A stretch of 64,000 nt of DNA from Octopus vulgaris (lineage: Eukaryota): assembly GCA_951406725.2 (NCBI GenBank), contig OX597815.1, forward strand, positions 102,176,001 to 102,240,000. Reading direction: 5' to 3'. Position 1 is the first letter of the stretch, and every line of letters begins with the position of its first letter. The position numbers and the translations under genes are program-made. This document shows positions 1 through 13,067 of this stretch, piece by piece. Below the pieces are notes generated by a model. That model ran no database searches. It was not told the origin of the DNA and was given only the letters and a program-made list of their open reading frames with translations.

Positions 1-405
1 TAGAATTATGATTACACTGAGCTGTAGTGAAGGGCTCTACTATGGTTGGAGTCGCAAGAATTTTGGAATTGCAAACTTTTGCAAAATTGGAACTGTAAAC
101 TTTTGCAAAATTTTCGAGAAATACTTTTTTCACTTAATTTTGTAGTTTATATTCAAAAGGTAAAAAGGCAGAAGGAATTGAAAACAAAACATGATGCTGC
201 GAGTTGTTTTTAAATGGTAGACGTTCACCCACATATGCACGAGTACAAACACAAACACACACACACACACATACATGTATGAAATCTCTTAAAAGTCACA
301 TTCTGATTTCGATTTAATATTCCCATAAAATATTCTTGGTGTAAATGAAATTATGCTAAAAGAACATCTAGAGCTAGTAACAACGCAGCAGCAAACTCGA
401 ACATA

Positions 406-1240
406 CAGTAACCCCTCGACTATCGCGAGTGTTACGTTCCAAAACGCCTCGCAATAGGTGAAGTAGAAACGGTACTGTACTGCATATTTTTTTTTATTAT
501 TTTCATAATTTGTATATATCTATCTATATATATAAAGCTGAAGCTGTCTGTGTATGGCAGGTTTGATAGCCTTCAACTAACACTATCTTCTCCGAGACCC
601 TGCGGCGCAAGTTGACCAAAATTGAAAGTATGATAGAAGAAGGCTTGCTCTTCAAATCGGACCATGTTAAGGTCAAAAATTATTTACATCAAAAAGGCGC
701 TTTTTTTCTATGAAAATCCCTATTTTTTACGATTTTTTGACTGCTGTGTCGTCATTTTTCGCTGTATTTCAACCAGAAAAATGTTCACTTAAAGAGAATA
801 ACAAGCTACATAATGCAAAATTTTTACTTTTCAAAAATTCCAATTCTAAAGGGTCGAAACAAACCCGAGCAACGCCGGGCGATACTGCTAGTTTTATTAT
901 AAATGCAAAACAACACCGCACACTCGCCTCCCCAGTTTCGTTTTCCATACAGTACGTGTGATTCTTTGTTTACTCATCTACGGTACACTACGTATTTTCT
1001 TTTAATATCTTTTAATTAATGTGTTATACAGTGCAGTACTGTACTTTTATTTATTTATTAGTTTATTAATTTTTGGACGTGAAAATGCTTATTTTACCAC
1101 AGAAATAATTAAAACCAAAAGAAATATAAATACCTATCGGCGGCAGAAACCCACGATATAAATTTTCATATATTAGCCAGAGGAATCCGCGATGTACTGA
1201 GGGCGCGATAGGTGAACCGCGGTATGGCGAATGATTACTG
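406..1240. mobile_element. Tigger/pogo-like non-autonomous DNA transposon (MITE), interrupted by a Helitron
   Basis: Ends CAGTAACCCCTCG... and ...CGAATGATTACTG are imperfect terminal inverted repeats. TA flanks both ends (404-405, 1241-1242). Confidence 0.7.
519..891 (+). mobile_element. Non-autonomous Helitron-like element
   Basis: Starts A|TCTATCTATATATAT. Ends with hairpin CCCGAGCAACGCCGGG, then CTAG|T. Inserted at AT with no TSD. Confidence 0.75.
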
Positions 1241-1278
1241 TATCTCGAATTAATAGATGAATTTTGTTTTTCCCTCAG

Positions 1279-1397
1279 AAATGACACCGGAATAACAATA
1301 GTTGACTCATTTCACTACGACGATGGTTCGGAGGAAAAGGGAGTCGATACGTTTGAAAGAGAACCTTTCGTAGTAAAATTTTCGATCCCAAGTCTAT
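1279..1397 (+). CDS. DNase I-family internal exon (upstream exons lie outside the window)
   Basis: tccctcAG acceptor and GTAAGT donor. Encodes NDTGITIVDSFHYDDGSEEKGVDTFEREPFVVKFSIPSL, matching the DNase I YDDG...D.F.REPF.V.F motif. Confidence 0.93.
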
Positions 1398-1463
1398 GTA
1401 AGTAAATGGCATCACATTTCTTCAGTAAATATTATACCTTAGATAAGTTTTTGATACAGAAAC

Positions 1464-1600
1464 GTGGAGGCGTTATGACCAAGTGGTTAGGGAGGCGGAC
1501 CCGCGGTCATAGGATCGCGGTTTCGATTCCTAGACCGGGCGTTTTGGGCGTTTATTGAGCGAAAACCCCTAAATCTCCACGAGACTGATAAATGGCAGAG
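1464..1600 (+). mobile_element. tRNA-derived SINE, 5' part (family A)
   Basis: A-box-like TGACCAAGTGGTTAG and B-box-like GTTTCGATTCC. Homologous to the fuller minus-strand copy at 52648-52951. Confidence 0.7.
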
Positions 1601-1613
1601 AAGATTGGCATAT

Positions 1614-1777
1614 AGGCGCAGGAGTGGCTGTGTGGTAAGTAGCTTGCTAACCAACCACATGGTTGCGGGTTCAGTCCCACTGCGTGGCATCTTGGGCAAG
1701 TGTCTTCTGCTATAGCCCCGGGTCGACCAATGCCTTGTGAGTGGATTTGGTAGACGGAAACTGAAAGAAGCCTGTCG

Positions 1778-1826
<49 letters not shown>

Positions 1827-2035
1827 TTGTGTGTCTGTGTTTGTCCCCCTAGCATTGCTTGACAACCGATGCTAGTGTGTCTACGTCCCCGCCACTTAGC
1901 GGTTCGGCAAAAGAGACCGATAGAATAAGTACTGGGCTTACAAAGAATAAGTTCCGGGGTCGATTTGATCGACTAAAGGCGGTGCTCCAGCATGGCCGCA
2001 GTCAAATGACTGAAAAGAGTAAAAGAGTAAAGAGT
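1614..2035 (+). mobile_element. Full-length tRNA-derived SINE with CORE-like box and internal (TA)n(TG)n (family B)
   Basis: Head GGAGTGGCTGTGTGGTAAG...GGTTCAGTCCC, CORE-like CTTGGGCAAGTGTCTT, tail AGTAAAAGAG. About ten related copies elsewhere in the window. Confidence 0.85.
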
Positions 2036-2639
2036 AATATCTTGTCCAATTTCTTTTTTTTTTTTAATCGCTCAGTCAGAGGAGGAGGAGGGAAATATCT
2101 ATAACCCATTCCAATGTCTTTGTGACTGATTACCAATGGCACTTCAGCAAATAAGCTGACACTATGTCGACTTAGTTAGGTATCAATTCTTAGTTATATT
2201 TTACAGACAAAAATAATACAGAGCTTGGCACTCGTTACCAGATCATCAACAGCAGCGGTGGCATAGAGTAGCTTGTCATATAATACAGTAAAGACTTTCC
2301 GTCTGTATGGACTTCATAAAGTCTAAATGGCATTCCGCCATTCATGTGAAAGAAAAAGCAGTTACAACAGATGTAGATAAGATCAAAAGAAAAAGATGCA
2401 ATACAGAACTTAATGGAACTGGGGGTGATCTGTGTTGGCAACAGACAAGATTAAGGGATTTCAATACGTTCGGCTGATGCGAAAAGAAAGAAAACATGAT
2501 ATTTCGAGATAAACAGCTTTGACAGCTCGAAGCATCACTCCTCAACGTAACCGAACTCTTCAAACTCAAATGTTGTACTGTTGCTACTCTCTCTCTCTTT
2601 CTCTCTCTTTCTTCCTCTTTCTTCCTCTCTCTCTCTCTT

Positions 2640-2686
<47 letters not shown>

Positions 2687-2774
2687 ATGTGTATGAATGG
2701 GTGTGCGGGTATTTGTCTGTATGTATGAGGACGCGCATGTCTGTATGTATGTCTCTTCTATTTTTTAATTATTA

Positions 2775-4610
2775 TTAATTCTTCCACTGAGGAGGGAGCC
2801 CGTTTCCAACAAAGATATAAGGCTCTATCTTTGGGATGTAGTTAACACAAGCAAATTCACGCTTGGAACTTGAGAAAAGTCTTGCATATTTTTCCACTCA
2901 CAGATTGGACTTGTAATGTACGAATCAGCAGGTCAGTTTCTCTTTCTGAAAATCCCAGTTTATCCAGATTCTCATTTAAGCATTTACTAACAAAACCTAG
3001 TGCTCCAGTTATTATTGGTGTGAATATGAATTCATAGTCGGGATATAGAAGCTGAAGGCTTCGAAGCAGTTATCCATAGATATCCTCTTTTTCTTCGATT
3101 TTCAAAGATATATTTATATCTGCAGGGCAGCTAACCTCTTTGATGGTACATACCATTGCCCCTCTGTCACAAATAACAATATCCGGCCTGTTATGTTTAC
3201 ATTTGACAGAAGTTTTGATGGGAATATTCCACCAGTATTCCTTCCATAACAAAGGGATTCTCTAAGTTTATTTCAGGACAGTCTTTTTTGCGGATGGCAT
3301 TATAAATTGTTTTAGTAACAACATCATGCTGCATAGGGAGGTAGTACCGTGGCGATATTTTAGGACAGCTGCTGATCACATGCGTAATGTCTTCCACAGA
3401 AACATGACATAGTCTACACATGCAGTTGTACCTTGGGATTACAAGAGTGTCACTGTCTCTCTTGTTTACCAGGTACTTTGTGGCAATCTCCTGTCCCTGG
3501 ATTGCAAACGCATAGCCTTGAAAGTGTGATATGATGTAGTGGTCTTGTGTCCAAGAGAATCTGCACTTCGTGTCAATTCTACTGTCTTATTCAAGCTTCC
3601 GGGCAACATACTCATGCCAATTTTTTTTTTTACGGCTGAGTATTTTCCATCCAGGTCTTCTCTGAGATAAGAGAGCCCAGCTGTTTGGGGGCTATATAGG
3701 AGATCATCAGGAAGAGAGTGTTTCTTGAGGAGTTCGATGCCAACTCGTACAATGTTACTTCACTTTTCAGAGCTGAATTAATTAATTTATTTTTGCTGCT
3801 GTTGTTTAGCAGGTGCTGCTTGAGTGACACCATACGGTAGTCCAAGTGCCTTCCCATTCTGTTGTTTACCTACTGCTACAGCGAAGGTTTCTGCATCAAT
3901 TTTATATGTTTTACTGTTAGAGTTGGTACAGTATTCTCTCTCTATTGTATTTATCCATGATGCATTCAGTTTGAAATCCCTCTTTTTGTTCCAGATTTAT
4001 GACTAAAATGATTGTAGATCTTGTAGGATGGGAGCTTCCTTAATGGTAATATTTTCCCTCCTCATCTTTCTGTATAATGCTTGTGGGTTGGAAGCAAACT
4101 TGCGATTGATTCTGGCTCGCTCAAAAATTCGCTTGCGATAGCAGAGTTTCTCGTTCATGGTTCTGAGTTCATATTTAAAGTGATTAGTTTTCCCTCAGGA
4201 GCTCAGTGTAGAGACTCGCCATAAAGTTTCATTAATTTTTGTCTAAGGTAGAGTTGGTGAAGTTTAAATTCATTTTTCTCCTTACAATTTATTGTTGTAG
4301 TTAATCATCCAATATGTTGTTGATGCTTTCTTCAAGTCTTGATTTCAATCTAGGTTGTTTCCGTTTAGTAATTTCGTTACTTTGTTCACTGTAGATTTCT
4401 CCTAGGTGTTCTTTAAGAGTAATAGCGGCTGTGTATATAAGAGTATTAATATTCCAGTAATCAACATCATATGATTCCATGTATGTATGTATGTATGTAT
4501 GTATGTATGTATGTATGTATGTATGTATGTATGTATGTATGTATGTATCTAAGGAATTCTGAATATCAGTTCATTATTTTTTTGCTACTCTTACTGCCTC
4601 AGCAACAAAA
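2775..4610 (-). mobile_element. Degenerate non-LTR retrotransposon with restriction-like endonuclease (R4/Dong-like); RT region apparently deleted
   Basis: Frameshifted ORF pieces: CCHC knuckle CRLC...HVISSC (3197-3421) and RLE motif HNRPDIVICD...EVSCP.D.N...K (3070-3252). The 3' end runs into TAATAA. Confidence 0.8.
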
Positions 4611-4705
4611 ATATGCCCACGGGCATATGGCGTAGTAGTTAAGAGCGTGGACTGCTAACCCCAAGATTCCGAGTTCAATTCCAGGCAGTGACCTGAATAA
4701 TAATA
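4611..4705 (+). mobile_element. tRNA-like head of the palindromic family C element, truncated copy
   Basis: ATATGCCC-AC-GGGCATAT hairpin, A box TGGCGTAGTAG, B box GAGTTCAATTCC, then (AAT)n. Same head as at 36560 and 55788. Confidence 0.75.
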
Positions 4706-5134
4706 ATAGTAGTAATAGGAAAACTATTATAAAATAACCACCATAGGACTGCAAAAATATCTACTTCAGAAGCAAAGAAAACTAATACAAATAGCCACAA
4801 AACATGAGCAAAACAAAAACTGTTTTTAGTATTTAAGGAAACTGACAAATACAAGCATGAAGTCATACTACCTAACAAATATGAAGAAGAAGCAACAAAA
4901 GCTATAAAACAAGTGGAGCCATAGACGGCAGACCATTCATTAAAGCGATCATGGTATTACACATTTCCGACACTGGCCTACCGCCACGTTGGTAGTTTCG
5001 GTAGCACAGTATACCTAGTATTGGTGGGAACAGTTGTGTTTCTCCGCTTCCCTGCATGGACGTGACCCCTGTTGAAGTGTCGCGTGGTCGAAGTCAATGA
5101 CTTCATTGATCACCAATATACACGTAACGATCGT

Positions 5135-5290
5135 TAGAGTGGCTGTGTGGTAGATAACTTACTTACGAACCACATGGCTCCGAGTTCAATCCCACTGCGT
5201 GGCATCTTGGGCAAGTGTCTTCTACTATAGCCTCGGGCCGACCAAAGCCTTGTTAGTGGATTTGGTAGACGGAAATTGAAATAAGCCCGT

Positions 5291-5353
<63 letters not shown>

Positions 5354-5358
5354 GTATG

Positions 5359-5390
<32 letters not shown>

Positions 5391-5505
5391 TGTATGTATG
5401 TATGTATGTATGTATGTATGTATGTATGTATGTATGTATGTATGTATGTATGTATGTATGTATGTATGTATGTATGTATGTATGTATGTATGTATGTATG
5501 TATGT
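5135..5505 (+). mobile_element. Family B SINE 5' half followed by (TA)n(TATG)n microsatellite
   Basis: Near-identical to 1620-1780. Confidence 0.8.
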
Positions 5506-5841
5506 ATTACCATTACGATGATGGTAAACGAATCAACGGTAATATCAGAATGCTGGTCAGCTTTATTATATTGTTATGCATATGGTAATTTTAAAATGAT
5601 AAATGGTGGAAGATTAACAGAATTAGCAAAGCGGTGGACATAATAATTGCGGTATTTAGTGCGGTTTCTCTATATTTTAAGTTCAAATTCTGACGAGATT
5701 GACTCTGTATTTCATTTGTTCGAGGGTTGTTGAAATAAGTACCAGTATCATAGGGATGTTAAATACTATGATACTTGTTTTTCATAATGTTGAAATGACG
5801 GTATGTATCTAATTATTATCATAAACTGTATTCTATTACAG

Positions 5842-6106
5842 CTGTTAGAGAAATTGGTATCATTGGCCTTCATGTTGACCCAGATACTGTCGTTCGTGAA
5901 CTTACTGCCTTAGCTGACGTTTTTAAAGCGGTAGAAAATAAATTCAAAATTGATACTGTCATTGCAATGGGTGATTTCAACGCCGGGTGCAGATATCTAT
6001 CAGAGAAACAAGAGAAGTCATTATCTCTCAAATCAGACAAATACTTCTGGCCAATAGAATATGGCACGGACACAACACTAGCAGCTACAGACTGCTCTTA
6101 CGACAG
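5842..6106 (+). CDS. DNase I-family internal exon (catalytic His and Asp)
   Basis: attacAG acceptor, GT donor, phase-compatible with neighbours. Encodes VREIGIIGLHVDPDTVVRELTALADV...MGDFNAGCRY...GTDTTLAATDCSYDR. Confidence 0.96.
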
Positions 6107-7615
6107 GTATATGTATTTTTCTTTCTCTAATGTTCTGTTATTTTTTATTTATAGAAACAATATATGTAATTATTCACAAACCTCAGTCTCAAACTTAATC
6201 CGACAATTATGCAGATTAATAAGCAAAGCAATTAAAACTTCCATGTACCCTCACTCAAAATCAAAACATACACATCAGAATGTTTACCAAAATTATTTCA
6301 CATATCTAATAATATTCTGCATAAGCACAAAGCTATAATGTAGCGAGTAGGACAACCTATTATATTGCCCAAGCTATGACTTTTAATAAGCTCAAGGCCA
6401 AAATTCATTTGCAACCCCTCACCCACTAAAGAGAAACAATAGGGTTTTCGAAAAGGAGGCTTGGTGAGGATGTGAGTTTTACTTTAATGTTTCAAAAAAG
6501 AATTGTTTATTCCTAATGCAATACAACAAAACACTCCAAATTTAAGATCTGAAATTCACCATTGATAGTAAGATAACAGATTGTTATATATTGTGAGTTA
6601 ACATACTTAGTGTGAGCAAAACAACTTAATCAATTAAAATTACACCTGTAATGGTAAGAAAACTCATTAATGTCAATGACAATTCTTTTCAAGAAAGGTA
6701 AGGGTGACAACTCTGAGACCTAAAAATGATTAAAACCTGAATGAAGGACAATATTAGGGGAGTTTTATCAATAGCAAGTACAGTAACAATTCTGCATACG
6801 TTTCTATATTATTAGAGTTCCTCGATGTCGCATAATCTTTACTTGTACTTACCGTTAGAAAGGCTGATATAACAAAGACACTGAATGACAAATATTTAAT
6901 AAGTGGGTAATTAATAATAATGCCATGAGAAAATCTACCAGAGTTGAATTCTGCATGAAGAACAGAATAACTATAATAAGTGGTGATTATATAAAGTTCT
7001 CCCATTTTCTGATAGACAGATTTATTGGTGTTAATGGGATAAATAAAAATATTTAAATATGAGGAAGAGATCCGATACTTATCGTAGCTGTGAGAGAGAC
7101 AGTCAAAAACAAGGTTCAGAACTACTAACCTAGATCAGTGAAATTTCACCTGCATTTAAATCCCAACCTACCTACTGCTGAAGTTTCTAAAAGTCGCATA
7201 TGAACAGAACGGTTTAAGCCTAAAGACTAAAACAGTAGTAGATTACATGCCTATGAATCTGTGTATTGAAACATTCAGTATTTGCCTCAGAACAGCAACA
7301 TTCCCAATTAGTTTCTTGCGGACTTGCAATTCGCCTCTCATACATCTCTCACCGAGATGAAGAACCGGTTTTGACAGAAGCCAACGAGGGAATTTCTGCG
7401 TAGTCATGTTACAATAGCAGCCTACCATCTATAAGGTTACTTCCAAATTTCTTTAAAAAAAAAAAAAGAAAATAGAAAGACAAAAAGGAAAATATATAGG
7501 TGCTAATGTAATCTTACGTAACCTTAAAGAATAGGATGAAAAGACTTCCTCAAAATAGTTCGAATTTTAGTCTGAATACTTTTAATCACGTTGTGATATT
7601 AAAATCTTTTCTTTT

Positions 7616-8000
7616 GCGCCCTTTTAAAGCCTAGTCAGGCTCATGGGCCCGGATTCCCGGTTTCTATGGCGTCGTCTGGTCCAGGAATCAAAACTACAAT
7701 CTTACGATCTTGATGCTGACACCCTAACCACTAAACCACGTGCCTCCACAAATGCGCCCTTTTAAAACCTAGCCAGACTCATGGGCCCGGTTTCCCGGTT
7801 TCTGTGGCGTATATGTTCCCCAGCTGGATGGGACGCCAGTCCATCGCAGCGTTACACATTTTTGCCAGCTGAGTGGACTGGAGCAACGTGAAATGAAGTA
7901 TTTTGCTCAAGAACACAACGCGTCGCTCGGTCCAGGAATCGAAACCACAATCTTACGATCATGATGCTGACACCCTAACCACTAAACCACACACCTACAC
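7616..8000 (-). mobile_element. Two tandem tRNA-derived SINE copies, the first internally deleted
   Basis: Both start GCGCCCTTTTAAA.CCTAG.CAG.CTCATGGGCCCGG and end CACCCTAACCACTAAACCAC. The reverse strand carries A and B boxes. Confidence 0.75.
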
Positions 8001-8180
8001 GATATTAAAATAGATATATCTTATTGTCAGTTTATGTATTGATTACTGTATCGATTTTACGATATTCTGATTACTGTAACTATTTAAATTATTCTGGTTA
8101 TAACATTCGTTTAGAATGTCTTGGTTGTTTTATTGATTTATTTCCATGTCTCTTCATTCAGTTTTTTCCTTTTTTCATAG

Positions 8181-8268
8181 ATTTATTATTGGTGGTGCAA
8201 AATTAATTGAGCTAGCAAAATCTGGTGATTCTTCGGTATTTAAGTTTGACTCAGAATACGAACTCACA
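8181..8268 (+). CDS. DNase I-family internal exon
   Basis: Polypyrimidine tract plus catAG acceptor, GTAAGT donor. Completes YDR and encodes FIIGGAKLIELAKSGDSSVFKFDSEYELT. Confidence 0.92.
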
Positions 8269-8307
8269 GTAAGTTAATAATTTTATCATTATTTATTATT
8301 ATTATTA

Positions 8308-8715
8308 GGGAGACTAGTTGGCAGAATTGTTAGCGCGCCAAACAAACTGCTTAGCGGCATTTCTTCCGGTTTCACGTTCTGACTATGTCTTTCTTCCTTT
8401 CGGAGTCGATGAAATAAGTACCAGTGGCGCACTGGGGTCGGTGTGATCAACTAGATCCTCCCACAACTGTTCAGGCCTCGTACCTATCGTAGAAAGAATT
8501 ATTATTATCATTATTGAATGCGGCGAGTTGGCTTCACAGGACAAAATGCAGAGCGACATTTCGTTCTGTTCTGTGTTCAAATTCAGCCGAGGTCGACTTT
8601 GCCTTTCATCTTTTTGGGGTCGATGTAATAAGTAGCAGACGTGTACTGGAGTCGATGTAATCGACTATCCCCTCCCCAAACTTTCAGGTTTTGTGCCTAT
8701 GTCAGAAAAATTATC
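8308..8715 (+). mobile_element. Two tandem SINEs with MetaSINE-like central domain (family D)
   Basis: GACTTTGCCTTTCATC.TTT.GGGGTCGAT..AATAAGTA domain and (ATT)n tails. Other copies near 27210-27410, 31325-31530, 58690-58912, 60789-61000, 61240-61437. Confidence 0.75.
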
Positions 8716-8863
8716 ATTTTGGTTTGGCTCACATTCAGTCTTATTCCCAGTAGGAATTATGTGAGTAGCAGGTTACTACCTGTAACATTACGAGCCACAA
8801 ATTTTCAGCAGTCTCTCAAATGCTTAAAACCCTCCTCCTCCTTGTTATTTTTATTATTATTAT

Positions 8864-9365
8864 TGAGTGAGAGAGCAGTGCATGTCATCAAAGTGACACT
8901 GGGGTAAAATATACGAAGCCCAGTATACCCATCATGACTACCCGTCTGATAAGGGTACACCAGGCACATGCATCACAACCAAATGTGCGCGACATGGTGA
9001 TCTCATATCAAGATAAACAGCGCATGAATTTGCAGGTGGGGCCCAGTTAGAATTTTCTTCTGGTCGAGTAGCCCATTCCACTCAAAAGGTTCCTGAATAA
9101 GGATTGTTTAAGGATGTTGAACGAAACACCCATGTTTCCGAAGGTGAATTATCCAAACCTCCAAGAATTCCTTTCAACATACGGCTATGATGCTCCCCCA
9201 CTACTTCTGCTCGTGATCAGAGATGCACATATCGTCAGCCACTAAGGGACATGCTCAACTGGATAAGCTCAAACAACTGACAAGCAAATCTGTGGTATTG
9301 AGCAGAATATTTGCTGTAGCCCATCTTTTATACCAAGACAAAACAATGTACGTGATAACACTTCT
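8864..9365. repeat. Probable interspersed element inserted in a (TAT)n tract
   Basis: About 500 bp, richer in GC than the surroundings, bounded on both sides by TAT repeats. No ORF recognised. Confidence 0.45.
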
Positions 9366-9412
9366 ATTATTGTTATTGTTGTTGTTGTTATGGGCTTGTG
9401 CTAAAATTTGAA

Positions 9413-9428
9413 ATCATCATCATCATCA

Positions 9429-9478
<50 letters not shown>

Positions 9479-9518
9479 GTTATTATTATTGTTGTTGTTA
9501 TTATTATTATTATTATTA

Positions 9519-9574
<56 letters not shown>

Positions 9575-9575
9575 T
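9413..9575. repeat. (CAT)n/(TAT)n microsatellite
   Basis: Directly visible. Confidence 0.95.
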
Positions 9576-11784
9576 TATTACGTAAATTCAGAGGAGAAAA
9601 GGGGACAAATTCGAATAGATATTTATCACTCCTCCATTTCACACACATTTGGGGGTATTTTCTGTCAATTAAGAACTGAATCGGGTGAAGACAACATATG
9701 ACTAACAACCTCCGAGGAATAAAGGCCAATATTGTAGTAGTAGAAAATGCATAGTGGTGAAACAACACACCTGTGGACTAAAGGCTGGAAGGTGTTGAAA
9801 AAGGACTCTGCTCAAAGCACTTGAACTCACCTCTTCTTACAGTACATAAACTTACGTTCATTTATGAATTTTAGTGATTACTTTTGGCTACACAAACCAT
9901 CAAGGAGTTACTCAGAGTTGAGTTTTTGTTGAGATTTTTGTTGTAGCTATTTTATCCTTATTGATTAACTTGATTCCATGGTATTTACCAAAGTCAAGAT
10001 ACGTCTACTAGTAACCTCGTATCAGGTAGCTAATGTTAAGTAAATTCTAAAATAAGACATAAGTCATTCACTTTTGCAGTAGTTACTACCAGAATATGTC
10101 GATTCAACGAGAGGCATCTACATGGTCATTTTCTGGCTTGTTTTTAGCAAGAGGTGAGGACATGTGTAATCCGGTGGCTTTCTCAATGTCTCTGCTGATT
10201 TAGACGCGCTTTCACTTTTATAATTCCTTTTGCGCGGGAAACATCATAGAACCATAGAACAGCACTGTCGGAGCACTGCATCCTTCAAAACTTCCATGCT
10301 TTCTGGGCGGAGCACTGCATCCTTCAAAACGTCCATGCTTTCTGAGATTCGCCAACACTACACCTGATTTTCTCCCCTCCATACACACGCAAGCATGTAT
10401 CTGACTCATACACTGTTCGCTTTCCAGACATTTGTATATTACTGCATATACTTTATATGCACCTTTTGACAAGTTGCGGTGCACCTGAGCACTGTATACA
10501 ATAATTTCATTATTATTATTATTTTAACATCCTGTGATATGGAGTGATATTTCTGTAAGCTGATTGGTGGGTAATCAGAGCACGTCGCGTAACTCCAATG
10601 TGAATTGGACTCAGTTATTAGAGCAGTACGGTTTTTATTCTAGGTCTCACTATGTACATAATACAAAACCATTTTATACACACGAGCACACACACATATA
10701 CACGCGTGCACACATACATACTTGCGCACACACATACACACACAATTTAAAAGAAATCATTTCCTTTAAGTGACTATTATGATTAGTTAAACTGGGTTAA
10801 TTACCGTCTTGAAGTATATTGTGTAAATATATACCACCACACATTATATCTTTTGAAGACATTCCGATAATTATTTTCCAATCTTATATATGTCGATGAA
10901 ATGAATTAAGCAAGTCCATATGGCTTAGTTTGTTGGTACTTGATAGTAAAGATTGAGGTAATCTTGACCCATCCGTTCGTTAAAAAATTGAACTTGAAAA
11001 CAATCAATATACTATAGCAAGGATGGCTAAGTTGTTTGATAAGAGTTACACATAATGTTATCTTTATTATATTTTTATGAACCGTATACTCAAAAGCCTA
11101 ATATATACTTTTAAAATTATATTTGTAAGAAAATATACTGCTACATTGTTTTGCTCAGGAAGAAGATTAATTTCTACATGTTGAAGGCTTTTATTGAATC
11201 TTCATTTTGGTTAATAGGATTGCGAAATATTTTGATTTCTACCAGTTGTAAGGAATGGTTTCGGCTGCTAGGTCGCTTTCGTGGTATACCAGAGGTGAAG
11301 GATATTTTGAAAAAGAACTTCGAGCAAGATTACCAACTGTAATTGGAAGAATATAATAAAGATTATCCTTATACAAATAGGCCTCACACAGAATGGTCAA
11401 ATTGAAAAGATATCAAATAACTATCTGAAAGAAAGGCAGTTGGCATCTCGTTGAAAGATCTATTAGTTTGTAGGGCAGAATTCCCGCATCCTTACGATTA
11501 AACATGTCACAGAAAAATATTGTCTTTCATTTGCTTACCACAGTAGAAAGCGAAAATAAACGCTGGCTCATAAATGACAAGAGATTCTACGAAAAACAAA
11601 TAATAATAATAGAACTTCTTAAACGTGAAATAAATTTGGTTATCAACAGTCGGCAACAGGTAGAGACACCACTGGTATTATACAATAGCATATCAAACGT
11701 AACCTGAGACGCAACTAGAATATCGATCCGTGACATTACACGAAACTAGGATCATGTAGCAGTCGATAGATTCTAGGAATGAGA

Positions 11785-11975
11785 AAGCTTCTACATGGTC
11801 GCTCAACCTGCTAGTAATGATAACCAAATCTCCTTTAAATCACAACCTACTGTCTTTTACAAAAAAGGTTGGTATATTGTATAATGTAGATTATGATTAA
11901 ATAAAAGACGGAATAGTCGCCAATGGAATACTTTTGATCATAAAATCTGGTCGATCAGAGCTGCTGATTAAAAGA
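11785..11975 (+). repeat. Interspersed repeat family E (CTGCTAGAAATAGCAGCCAAATCTCC...AAATCACA)
   Basis: Diverged copies also near 14280-14460, 16290-16380, 16860-17045, 19010-19190, 19560-19970, 30200-30360, 34690-35080, 56340-56510, 60530-60680. Confidence 0.7.
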
Positions 11976-12584
11976 TAAGCCACTTAGTACAAAACAATTT
12001 TTGATAGAGTGAAAGACATGAAGGAGGAATTAAACTTTGGAAAGGAATGGGGAAAGACTGGAGTTATTGATTTCACCAAAACATGGAAGCTTTTCAGCGG
12101 ACATTCTCTGAAATATTGAAAATTAAAACTAGAAAATGGAAAACCTCGCCGAAAAATCGCAGGAGCTGAAACTCGGGTCGCAAGATAAACAACCCGCTTA
12201 AATAAGCAATAAATATACGCGCGCGCGCACATATATTTACTAAAGAACTAAAGACTGAGCGATCAACACGGCAGTCATGGATAGATATTTTCTTTTAATA
12301 GTAGATTGCTATTAATATGATAATATTGGTTTCATACAAATAAATTCACAATTATTCAATCGTAGTTTGAATAATACAGGCAGCTTCGACATCCTGACAG
12401 ATTGAGGGTCTATGATGAAAGGCATTCCAGTCGTGATTATCCAGTCTATTATCGTCGTGATTATCCAGAGGACCACATTATCTAACATATCCTTTTTCAA
12501 GATTGTAGAATGTGGGCTGAGAGAAGTTTTGTCAATGGAAAATGTTTCATGACTTTGGTAAGTAGCATGGAATCAGGTTAATTC

Positions 12585-12874
12585 ATACACACACACGCAC
12601 GCACATACACACACATACACACACTCACACACACATATACATACATACAAACATACATACATACATTCAAACATGCACACGCGCATACATACATACATAC
12701 ATACATACATACATACATACATACATACATACATACATACATACATACATGCACGCACGCACACACACATACATACACGCACATACATACATACATACAT
12801 ACATACATACATACATACATACATACATACATACATACATACATACATACATACATACAAACATACATACATAC
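12585..12874. repeat. (CATA)n/(CA)n microsatellite
   Basis: Directly visible. Confidence 0.95.
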
Positions 12875-12968
12875 AGCTGTGTGAATGTGTCTGTACATGA
12901 ATGCATATTTTGGTGTCCGTATCTAACTATTAATATATTGCTATTGCTCTATTCAATGTTCATTTCAG

Positions 12969-13067
12969 AAGGAGAAATCAATGAGTGTCAGTGACCATTA
13001 CCCAATTGAACTCTTCCTTCCAACTAAAACCGTTGTCCCTCTTAGTACTACTGCTACTATTACTACA
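12969..13067 (+). CDS. DNase I-family exon ending the catalytic domain, plus a Thr-rich linker
   Basis: tttcAG acceptor, GTAAGT donor, phase 0. Encodes KEKSMSVSDHYPIELFLPTKTVVPLSTTATITT, containing the SDHYP catalytic His motif. Confidence 0.93.

Noticed and set aside
5967-6338. 123-aa ORF as a standalone gene
   Set aside because: Only the part up to 6106 is DNase exon. The rest is intron read-through.
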